32,000 nt of DNA from Pseudodesulfovibrio mercurii. GTDB taxonomy: Bacteria; Desulfobacterota; Desulfovibrionia; Desulfovibrionales; Desulfovibrionaceae. The notes below the pieces were generated by a model. The model ran no database searches. It saw nothing but the letters and a program-made list of their open reading frames with translations, and had not been told where the DNA came from. A program made the translations under genes and the position numbers. This document shows, piece by piece, positions 24,719-31,897 of the stretch (within the stretch, counting starts at the first letter, position 1; every line of letters begins with the position of its first letter). The stretch spans positions 3,750,001 to 3,782,000 of the forward strand of contig NC_016803.1 in NCBI RefSeq assembly GCF_000189295.2, in the 5' to 3' direction.

Positions 24719-25325
24719 TGAGGTCCACCTCGAGTGTGTCGCATAACAGTTGTTCCAACTCCAGGGCCTGCCGCTTGGTTTCGTTGATGCGGTCCTGGAG
24801 ATTCAGGGGGATGCCGTACCGGATGATCAGGTCCTTGAAGCGGGCCTCGATGGACACCAGCCGGTTGTGGTTCACGCGCTTGTCCGCGTAGAGCACGGCC
24901 AGGGGGGTGAAGTAGCGCGCCAGGTCCATGGCGAAGGGCCAGTAGACGTGATGGGTCACGCCGGAGGCGATGACCGGATTGCCGGTCAGTTCGGCCACCC
25001 AGGCCCCGCCCAGCTGGCTGTGGTTGCCGCCGTGGCGGATGCAGTAGGTCTTGGCCAGGTCATGGAGCATGGCCGAGGCGCGCACCGTGGGCACGTCCAC
25101 GTCCAGGCCCCTTTCCACGGCCCGTTCGGCCAGGAAGGTGGCCACGGTCGCGACCATGCGGCTGTGCTCGGCCACGTTGTCGAGCATGGCGAACTCCTCC
25201 CAGTACCGGACGCACCGGGCGTCGTCCGGGACGAACAGGGCGGGATCGAACCGCGCGGGGGGCGGCGGGGGCAGCGGCGACCGGGGCTGGCCGGAGGCCT
25301 TGAGGGTGTTTTCCTTGGCGGACAT
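24684..25325 (-). CDS. HD-domain metal-dependent phosphohydrolase (possibly YqeK-like)
   Basis: ATG at 25325 gives MSAKENT.... HD signature HSRMVA...SAMLHDLAKTY...HGGNHSQLG. It overlaps the ddl start by 35 nt. Subfamily assignment is tentative. Confidence 0.6.
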   Translation of the reverse strand: MSAKENTLKASGQPRSPLPPPPPARFDPALFVPDDARCVRYWEEFAMLDNVAEHSRMVATVATFLAERAVERGLDVDVPTVRASAMLHDLAKTYCIRHGGNHSQLGGAWVAELTGNPVIASGVTHHVYWPFAMDLARYFTPLAVLYADKRVNHNRLVSIEARFKDLIIRYGIPLNLQDRINETKRQALELEQLLCDTLEVDLNACDFDSGRLV

Positions 25326-25523
25326 GGCGTGCGTGCGCTGGGCGCGTCGGGTTGGCCGGGATGCACAAGCGCATCCGATGGATTCCATCTACCAGCCCGG
25401 CCCGAAAAAATAAAGCGGACACCCCCGGAAAAACGGGCCGGCCGGAGTCCATGTTATTCTTTTCCCCCGCATTCTGGCGATCTCCCGAGGATTGTGCTAT
25501 GCGTGGCATAGTGGGAGGAGTCC

Positions 25524-26198
25524 GTGAACGGCGAAGTCATCTTGCAGGCGACCTTCTTTCTGGGCGGACTGGCCGTCCTCATCCTGGCCTGGCGCATGCG
25601 CCGCCTGAACCGGAAGCCCCGGCTGCCGGGCGTTTCCTGGTGGGCGACGGGCTACGCGGCCATCGGGCTGGCGGCCATCGGCGTGGGCGCGGACTTCTAT
25701 TACGGCGACTGGATCAAGGGGTTCGCCACCCACCTGCTCCTGACCGGCGGGGTGGCCGTGGTCTGGATGGGCACCCACCTCTTTCTCGAGGGCAGGCCGG
25801 GGCGCCTGGCCGTGTCGGTGTCGTGCGCGCTCCTGGCGGGCGAGGCCCTGGGCGTCTTCTGGTTCTACTACATCGACCCCGCCTACCAGGTCCGGTTGAC
25901 CCTCACCTGCGTGGTCCTGCTCATCCTGTCCGCCAACCTGTCCATGACCCTTTTCCTGTCGTCCATGGACAACCGGGCGGTCACCGCGGCCGGGGTGTGC
26001 TACTCCCTGTTCGCCCTGTTCAACGGGCTGCGGACCATCGCCATTCTGATCCACCCCGAGCGCCTGGCCTACTACCTGTCCGGGACCCTGGCCGTGGTCG
26101 TCACCGCCCTGATGCCCCTGAGCCTGGTGGCGGCCCAGGTGGCCGCCCTGTACATGCTCCGCGACGCGGCCCGGCAAAGGACGCGGAAAGCGGACTAG
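25524..26198 (+). CDS. Integral membrane protein, ~7 predicted TM helices, unknown function
   Basis: GTG start 4 nt after GGGAGGAG. Seven hydrophobic stretches are visible by eye. No soluble domain. Confidence 0.55.
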   Translation: MNGEVILQATFFLGGLAVLILAWRMRRLNRKPRLPGVSWWATGYAAIGLAAIGVGADFYYGDWIKGFATHLLLTGGVAVVWMGTHLFLEGRPGRLAVSVSCALLAGEALGVFWFYYIDPAYQVRLTLTCVVLLILSANLSMTLFLSSMDNRAVTAAGVCYSLFALFNGLRTIAILIHPERLAYYLSGTLAVVVTALMPLSLVAAQVAALYMLRDAARQRTRKAD

Positions 26199-26225
26199 AC
26201 CTCCTTCGCGGGCCCGTTCCCTCAC

Positions 26226-26260
26226 CCCGCCGAGGCCACCGGCCGACACGGCGGGTTTTT
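26226..26260 (+). terminator. Intrinsic terminator after the 7-TM gene
   Basis: cccgccg-N16-cggcggg followed by ttttt. Confidence 0.55.
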
Positions 26261-26343
26261 CATTTGCCCATATCATTCAGAGGGTATATGACTGTCGCTA
26301 ACCTGATGAATCCGGTTCCGAAATCAGCCTAAAGGACTATGCT

Positions 26344-27438
26344 TTGAGCTTCGAATTACTGGAAAAGTTTCGTGATCCGGCCCTGTGCCGGAAAATCCTC
26401 GACAAGATGGAATCCGAGCTGGACCGGGAGCTGCGCTTCATGGAGGTCTGCGGCACCCACACCGTGGCCATCTTCCAGTCCGGCCTGCGTTCCCTGCTGC
26501 CCGAAAAGATCGTCCACCTGTCCGGGCCGGGCTGTCCGGTCTGCGTGACCCACGAGTCCGAGGTCAACGCCTTCCTGGACCTGGCCGGGCGCGACAAGGT
26601 CATCATGGCCACCTTCGGCGACCTCATGCGCGTGCCCGGAGACAAGGGCCGCAACCTCAAGAAGGCCGTGGCCGACGGGGCGCGGGTCAAGGTGGTCTAT
26701 TCGCCCTTCGACACCCTCAAGCTGGCCCGGGAAAACCCCGGCGACCTGGTGGTCTTCATCGGCGTGGGCTTCGAGACCACGGCCCCGACCATCGCCGCGA
26801 CCATGAAGATGGCCCGCGACCAGGGCATCGACAACCTGCGCATCCTCTGTTTCCACAAGACCGTGCCCACGGCCCTGGACGCGCTGCTGTCGGACGAAGC
26901 CATCAACATCGACGGCTTCATCCTGCCCGGCCACGTCTCGGCCATCATCGGGGTTGCGCCCTACAACTTCATCGCCGAGAACTACGCCAAGTCCGCCGTG
27001 GTCACCGGGTTCGAGCCCCTGGACATCCTCCAGTCCCTGAACCAGATGATCGAGTGGCGCAACCGGGGCGAGGCCCACGTGGCCAACAACTACACGCGCA
27101 TCGTCGGCGAGAACGGCAACCCCAAGGCGCTGGAGATCATGTACGAGGTCTTCGAGCCCTGCGACGCCCTGTGGCGCGGCTTGGGCCTGATCCCCGGCTC
27201 CGGCCTGGAAATCCGGCCCGAGTGGGAAGCCTTCGACGCCAAGAAGCAGTTCGGCATCGAGATCAAGGACGGCCCGTCCCTGCCCGGCTGCAAATGCGGC
27301 GACATCCTCAAGGGCATCAAGCAGCCCGACCAGTGCCCCCTGTTCGGCAAGGCCTGCACCCCGGCCAACCCGGTCGGCCCGTGCATGGTTTCCACCGAGG
27401 GTTCCTGCGCCGCCTACTACAAATACAAATTGGATTAA
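26344..27438 (+). CDS. hypD: [NiFe]-hydrogenase maturation protein HypD
   Basis: FRDP, MEVCGTHT, GPGCPVCVT and C-terminal CxxH/PCxxC-type cysteines (GCKCGDILKG, CPLFGKACTP). The only in-frame start is TTG at 26344, 7 nt after AAAGGA. Confidence 0.88.
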   Translation: MSFELLEKFRDPALCRKILDKMESELDRELRFMEVCGTHTVAIFQSGLRSLLPEKIVHLSGPGCPVCVTHESEVNAFLDLAGRDKVIMATFGDLMRVPGDKGRNLKKAVADGARVKVVYSPFDTLKLARENPGDLVVFIGVGFETTAPTIAATMKMARDQGIDNLRILCFHKTVPTALDALLSDEAINIDGFILPGHVSAIIGVAPYNFIAENYAKSAVVTGFEPLDILQSLNQMIEWRNRGEAHVANNYTRIVGENGNPKALEIMYEVFEPCDALWRGLGLIPGSGLEIRPEWEAFDAKKQFGIEIKDGPSLPGCKCGDILKGIKQPDQCPLFGKACTPANPVGPCMVSTEGSCAAYYKYKLD

Positions 27439-27562
27439 CAGGCTGTTGAAAAATGCACGATTGCTGCGTTGCTGCGAAAAGTTCAAACCCTTGCGTACGT
27501 TTTGTACGCGGCGGCCTTGAACTTTTCTTGCGCCTTGCACTCGCACGTTTTTGAACAGCCTG
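27439..27562. repeat. ~124-nt nested imperfect inverted repeat filling the hypD-hypE spacer
   Basis: Outer arms caggctgttgaaaaatgcacga / tcgcacgtttttgaacagcctg. Middle arms gaaaagttcaa (27476..27486) / ttgaacttttc (27517..27527). Inner hairpin gcgtac-gtttt-gtacgc (27493..27509). Confidence 0.8.
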
Positions 27563-27575
27563 GAAGGTTGATATC

Positions 27576-28580
27576 ATGTCTGACAAGGTGTTACTCGACT
27601 ACGGCAGCGGCGGCCGCGCTTCCCAGCGCCTGATTTCCGAACTCTTCCTGAAATATCTCGGCAACGACGAGCTAGACCGCCTGAACGACGCGGCCGTGCT
27701 TGATCTGTCCGGCAGGATCGCCATGTCCACCGACTCGTTCACCGTGGACCCGATCTTCTTTCCGGGCGGCGACATCGGCTCGCTGGCCGTGCACGGCACG
27801 GTCAACGACGTGGCCATGATGGGCGCGGTGCCGCGCTACATCACCTGCGGCTACATCATCGAGGAGGGGCTGCCCATGGCCGACCTGGAGCGCATCGTCC
27901 AGTCCATGGGCGAGGCCGCCAAACACGCCGGGGTCAAGGTCGTGACCGGCGACACCAAGGTCGTGCCCAAGGGGGCCTGCGACAAGATCTTCATCAACAC
28001 CACGGGCATCGGCGAGGTCATCGCCGACCCGGCCCCGAGCGGCGACGCGGCCCGCACGGGCGACGCGGTCCTGGTCTCCGGGACCATCGGCGACCACGGC
28101 CTGACCGTGCTCGGCACCCGCGAGGGCCTGGACTTCGAGGCCAAGGTCCAGTCCGACTCCGCCGCCCTCAACCACCTGCTGGTCAAACTCGTGCGCGAGC
28201 TGCCCGAGGTCCACGTCCTGCGCGACCCCACCCGCGGCGGCCTGGCCACCACCCTGAACGAGATCACCAAGAGCTCCAACGTCTGTTGCGAGCTGACCGA
28301 GACCGCCATCCCGGTGCGGGCCGAGGTCAAGGGCGGCTGTTCCATCCTCGGCCTGGACCCGCTCTACCTGGCCAACGAGGGCAAGTTCAGCTGCATCCTG
28401 CCCGCCGAATACGCGGACAAGGCCCTCGAAATCATGCACGCCGATCCGCTCGGTCACGATGCCAAACGCATCGGCACCATGACCGACGCCAACCCCGGCA
28501 AGGTCGTCCTCGTCACCCAACTCGGCGGCAAACGCCTCCTCGGCATGCTCGAAGGCGAACAACTCCCGAGAATCTGCTAG
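27576..28580 (+). CDS. hypE: [NiFe]-hydrogenase maturation protein HypE
   Basis: AIR-synthase-like fold motifs (DAAVLDL, GTVNDVAMMGA, VTGDTKVV) and the diagnostic C-terminal PRIC. Confidence 0.9.
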   Translation: MSDKVLLDYGSGGRASQRLISELFLKYLGNDELDRLNDAAVLDLSGRIAMSTDSFTVDPIFFPGGDIGSLAVHGTVNDVAMMGAVPRYITCGYIIEEGLPMADLERIVQSMGEAAKHAGVKVVTGDTKVVPKGACDKIFINTTGIGEVIADPAPSGDAARTGDAVLVSGTIGDHGLTVLGTREGLDFEAKVQSDSAALNHLLVKLVRELPEVHVLRDPTRGGLATTLNEITKSSNVCCELTETAIPVRAEVKGGCSILGLDPLYLANEGKFSCILPAEYADKALEIMHADPLGHDAKRIGTMTDANPGKVVLVTQLGGKRLLGMLEGEQLPRIC

Positions 28581-28589
28581 AAAAAGAAT

Positions 28590-28710
28590 GCCTCCGGCGG
28601 CCGGGGGAAGGGGAAGGAAAACCCTTTGAAAAGGGCTTTCCTTCCCCTTCCCCCGGACCCCCATCCCCATCCTTTCCTAAACTTTTCCTATCCGCTTCGC
28701 GGGTGCGCGC
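28590..28710 (+). repeat. REP-like element copy B: palindrome plus conserved tail
   Basis: gcctccggcgg, then the palindrome ccgggggaaggggaaggaaaaccctttgaaaagggctttccttccccttcccccgg (28601..28656), then the tail cctttcctaaacttttcctatccgcttcgcgggtgcgcgc. Homologous to copies at 19464..19592, 19651..19742 and 6961..7040. Confidence 0.75.
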
Positions 28711-28713
28711 ACA

Positions 28714-28747
28714 TAAAAAAACCTTCGTCTCATTGCTGAGTCGAAGG
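28714..28747 (-). terminator. Intrinsic terminator on the minus strand, ~250 nt downstream of the cheV stop
   Basis: Minus strand reads ccttcgactc-agcaat-gagacgaagg followed by ttttttt. Confidence 0.65.
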
Positions 28748-28840
28748 CCTTCCATTGTTCAATTCTTCTGGAGCGATTCGGGTGCGCAGCACCCGACAGC
28801 GGCTCTCCGCGCTCGCGCTAGGCTTTCGAGAGTGGGTCAG

Positions 28841-28919
28841 CTGTGCATTTTCTTCCGGCCGCGACAACCGCAGCGTAGCCGTCTACGTGAGGATTGGCGC
28901 GGCCGGAAAAAATGTGCAG
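28841..28919. repeat. Long imperfect hairpin in the cheV 3' region
   Basis: Arms ctgtgcattttcttccggccgcg / cgcggccggaaaaaatgtgcag enclose a 34-nt loop. Confidence 0.6.
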
Positions 28920-29002
28920 ATGGCCCGCTATCGAAAGCCGCTAATATCCGAAGACCAGAACTCAAGGAAAAAATGTGAGGTGGCCCGCTATCGAAGCCGC
29001 TA
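28905..29002. repeat. Tandem direct repeat (39 nt and 37 nt, period 61 nt) ending at the cheV stop codon
   Basis: ggaaaaaatgtgcagatggcccgctatcgaaagccgcta (28905..28943) versus ggaaaaaatgtgaggtggcccgctatcgaagccgcta (28966..29002). Confidence 0.7.
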
Positions 29003-30004
29003 CCCGCGCCGCGCCTCGATCAAAGCCGCAGCCCGGCGCGCGAGGTGCGTGATCTCGGGTTTGGAAATCTGGTCGTCGGCGCCGACCGTCTCCCCCCGAT
29101 GACGCAGTTTGTCGGTGATCAGGGAGGAGAAGAGGATGACCGGCAGGTCCCGCAGGACCGGGTCCTCCTTGACGCGCTTGCACAGGTGGTGGCCGTCCAT
29201 CATGGGCATCTCGATGTCCGAGACCAGGACCTGGACGTAATCGGTGATGGGCCGGTCCTCGTCCAGGGCGCGCTTCTTGATCTCCACCAGCCGGTCCCAG
29301 CACTCCCGGCCGTTGTTGGTCTTTTCCACCTGGAACCCGGCCTGGCCGAGCATGTCGCGGATCATCTCGCGGATGAGCGGCGAGTCGTCGGCGATGAGCG
29401 CCTTGTACCCGGAGTAGCCGTCGAGCTCGAAGTTGTCGTCGAAGCGCAACCGCATGGCCGGGTTGAGTTCCGAGACGATGCGCTCCAGGTCCAGGATGAA
29501 GACGATGCGGTCGTCGAACTTGACCACGCCGGTGATGGACTCGGACGACAGGGCGGAGACGTACTTGTTGGGCGCTTCCACGTCCTCCCAGGAGATGCGG
29601 TGGATGCGGGTCACGCCCGAGACCATGAAGGCCGAGGTGACCTGGTTGAATTCGGTGACGATGACCTTGGGCGGTTCGTTCTCCACGCGCTTCTTCTTGA
29701 GCCAGATGCACAGGTCGAGCAGGGGGATGATCCGGGAGCGCAGGTTGAAGGCTCCGAGCACGGCGGGGTGGGAGACCTCGGGCATCTCCGTGACCTTGGG
29801 CATGCGGATGATCTCGAGGACCTTGGCCACGTTCACGCCGTAGTAGCCCTTGCGGCTGGGCTTGTGGCCCTCCTCGAGGGCGTGGTCCTCCTGGTTGGGC
29901 TCGGCCTCGTCGGACGCCTTGGGCTCCTCCTCGAGATAGAACTCGACGATTTCCAGTTCGTTGGTGCCCGCTTCAAGCAGAATGTCGGTGGACTGGCTGG
30001 CCAT
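29000..30004 (-). CDS. cheV: CheV-type coupling protein (CheW-like domain plus REC domain)
   Basis: N-terminal CheW-like domain (ILLEAGTNELEIVEF...YGVNVAKVLEII...VIVTEFNQ). C-terminal REC domain (ALIADDSPLIREM, VLVSDIEMPMMDG, ILFSSL, SKP). Confidence 0.85.
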   Translation of the reverse strand: MASQSTDILLEAGTNELEIVEFYLEEEPKASDEAEPNQEDHALEEGHKPSRKGYYGVNVAKVLEIIRMPKVTEMPEVSHPAVLGAFNLRSRIIPLLDLCIWLKKKRVENEPPKVIVTEFNQVTSAFMVSGVTRIHRISWEDVEAPNKYVSALSSESITGVVKFDDRIVFILDLERIVSELNPAMRLRFDDNFELDGYSGYKALIADDSPLIREMIRDMLGQAGFQVEKTNNGRECWDRLVEIKKRALDEDRPITDYVQVLVSDIEMPMMDGHHLCKRVKEDPVLRDLPVILFSSLITDKLRHRGETVGADDQISKPEITHLARRAAALIEARRG

Positions 30005-30066
30005 GCTGGTACCGTTTCCTTGTCAAGGAGGTGAAATGATTGAAACCGCAGGGGTGGTTGTAAACG

Positions 30067-31086
30067 TTATTGGCAAATGTCGTCAACAGGGGGCCAGGGG
30101 GTGTCCGGGTCGGCCCGTTCCAGGTCGCGGATGACCCGCGCGGCCTCCTCCAGGTCCTCCCAGGTCTCGCATTGGAGCATGGAGGCGCGCAGGGAGCGGA
30201 TGCCCTTGAGCCCCTTGGCGTAGCGCGGGACGATGGAGCGGATCTTGCGGAAGGAGCGGGTGTCGCCCTCGTACAGCCTGGTCAGGCGGATATGTTCGCG
30301 GACGATCTCGGCCAGGAACGCCCCGTCGCGCACGGGCATGGGCTCGCCCCGGCGCAGGGCCGTGTAGCGGGAGAAGATGGACGGATCGTAGAGCGCGCCC
30401 CGGGCGAACATGATCGCGTCGATGCCGGTCTCCTCGATGCAGCGCACCCCGTCTTCGGCCGAGAACAGATCGCCGGAGCCGATGACCGGGATGGACACGG
30501 CCCGCTTGAGTTCGGCCAGCTTGGACCAGTCTGCCGAACCGCCGAACATCTGCCTGCCGTAGCGCGGGTGCAGGGTGACCCAGTTGACGCCCGCGTCCTC
30601 GAGCCGCCGGGCCAGGTCCAGGTAGACGTCCTCGCCCTTGTTGAAGCCCAGGCGGAACTTGACGCCCACGCGGCCGCCCTCGGGGTGTTCGGCGGCCTTG
30701 GCGACCATGATGGCGGCCAGGCCGACCAACCTGTCGAGGTCCTCCATGAGCTGGACCCCGGAGCCGGACTTGAGGACCTTGCGTACCGGGCAGCCCGCGT
30801 TGAGGTCGAAGTTGCGGTAGCCCAGGGAGACGAGCTTCTCCATGACCGGCGGGAAATACTGGGGCTCGGAGCCGAACAGCTGGAGGACCATGGGGTCGTC
30901 CTCGGGGCAGGTGGCGATGAGGCGGCGGGTGCCGGAGTTCTTGAAGGCCATGCCCTTGACCGAGACCATCTCGGAGCAGGCCACGGCGCAGCCGAAGCGG
31001 CGCGCCAGCAGGCGGAAGGGCAGGTCGGAATAGCCCGCCAGAGGGGCCAGCCACGGGCTGTCGGGGGTGATGGCGAATCGGGTCAT
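30067..31086 (-). CDS. dus: tRNA-dihydrouridine synthase (Dus family)
   Basis: ATG at 31086 gives MTRFAITPDSPWLAPLAGYSDLPFRLL. FDLNAGCPVRKV (catalytic Cys), VTLHPRYG, VIGSGD. The ORF-track extension to 31548 is antisense to the tRNA genes and was rejected. Confidence 0.85.
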   Translation of the reverse strand: MTRFAITPDSPWLAPLAGYSDLPFRLLARRFGCAVACSEMVSVKGMAFKNSGTRRLIATCPEDDPMVLQLFGSEPQYFPPVMEKLVSLGYRNFDLNAGCPVRKVLKSGSGVQLMEDLDRLVGLAAIMVAKAAEHPEGGRVGVKFRLGFNKGEDVYLDLARRLEDAGVNWVTLHPRYGRQMFGGSADWSKLAELKRAVSIPVIGSGDLFSAEDGVRCIEETGIDAIMFARGALYDPSIFSRYTALRRGEPMPVRDGAFLAEIVREHIRLTRLYEGDTRSFRKIRSIVPRYAKGLKGIRSLRASMLQCETWEDLEEAARVIRDLERADPDTPWPPVDDICQ

Positions 31087-31329
31087 GGTGCGATGCACAT
31101 ACGGGCTGGGCGTCCGGGAGTCAAAGGAAAAAGGGGGCGGGGCAGGGGAGCGGTCCGGGACCGTCCGGACCGGGCCGGAAGGGGCGGTCGAGGGGCGGTC
31201 GCCGGGGGAAAGAATTTGAAAAAAATACCGGCGCAGGGTTGACAAACGACCGCTTTTGTCATTACACCGGCCCGTCCCTGAGCGCAAGACGGCGCTCCCC
31301 GCGAGGGGAAAAAAGCCCGTTGAAAACTC

Positions 31330-31358
31330 TTGATTTTTGACATAGCGGCGTATATAGA
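31330..31358 (+). promoter_or_regulatory. Candidate sigma-70 promoter of the tRNA cluster
   Basis: TTGATT (31330..31335), 17-nt spacer, TATAGA (31353..31358); alternatively TATATA with a 15-nt spacer. It lies ~15 nt upstream of tRNA-Thr and is preceded by an A-rich tract. Confidence 0.4.
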
Positions 31359-31373
31359 CTTCGTTCCCGGTTG

Positions 31374-31449
31374 GCTGGCGTAGCTCAACTGGTAGAGCAG
31401 CTGATTTGTAATCAGCCGGTTGCGGGTTCAAGTCCCATCGCCAGCTCCA
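31374..31449 (+). tRNA. tRNA-Thr (anticodon TGT), CCA encoded
   Basis: Cloverleaf read by eye: acceptor gctggcg/cgccagc, D arm gctc/gagc, anticodon stem gctga/tcagc with loop tttgtaa, T loop ttcaagt. There is one C-A mismatch in the T stem. Confidence 0.85.
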
Positions 31450-31461
31450 GTAAGACAAAAT

Positions 31462-31547
31462 GGTGGGGTTCCCGAGTGGCCAAAGGGAACAGACTGTAAA
31501 TCTGTCGGCATACGCCTTCGGAGGTTCAAATCCTCCCCCCACCACCA
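31462..31547 (+). tRNA. tRNA-Tyr (anticodon GTA), long variable arm, CCA encoded
   Basis: Near-identical in pattern to E. coli tRNA-Tyr (GGTGGGGTTCCCGAG.GGCCAAAGGGA.CAGACTGTAAATCTG...CCCCCACCACCA). Confidence 0.9.
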
Positions 31548-31610
31548 TATTTTTCGAGTCACACTGTAGGAGGCAGGCCGCGAGGCCGCCGATGGAACTA
31601 CAGAGAGTGA

Positions 31611-31687
31611 GCGGGAATAGCTCAATTGGCTAGAGCATCAGCCTTCCAAGCTGAGGGTTGCGGGTTCGAGTCCCGTTTCCCGCTCCA
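31611..31687 (+). tRNA. tRNA-Gly (anticodon TCC), CCA encoded
   Basis: Acceptor gcgggaa/ttcccgc, anticodon stem tcagc/gctga with loop cttccaa, T arm gcggg-ttcgagt-cccgt. Confidence 0.9.
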
Positions 31688-31782
31688 CCACGCCATCTCT
31701 CTCCTTCCATCATCCTTATATACAGTGTATGGCTGTGCTCACATGCTTCGGTCGGCAGGGCGCATCCAAATAAGGATGAGGC

Positions 31783-31822
31783 CGCCCGTTCAGACCCATC
31801 GTGAGTACAAGGGCGTTTTTTT
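31783..31822 (+). terminator. Possible terminator after the tRNA cluster (weak stem, T7 run)
   Basis: cgccc...gggcg followed by ttttttt. The stem is short and the loop long. Confidence 0.4.
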
Positions 31823-31897
31823 GTTTTGTTTTACTTGTCAACAAGTATTTAGAAATAGAAACCTACTCAACATTTATTGATCCAGGGGGTTACTGAA

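Noticed and set aside
21764-24721. 985-aa ORF on the plus strand spanning the kdsB-waaA-ddl region
   Set aside because: It is entirely antisense to three genes with clear family motifs. Its translation is a low-complexity Gly/Arg/Ala/Pro/His/Val-rich string with no recognisable motif, the typical stop-poor shadow frame of GC-rich DNA.
31688-31800. A degenerate fourth tRNA (Thr-GGT) between tRNA-Gly and tuf
   Set aside because: No GTTCGA/TTCRANY T-loop, acceptor pairing or anticodon arm could be drawn by eye. This should still be confirmed with tRNAscan-SE.
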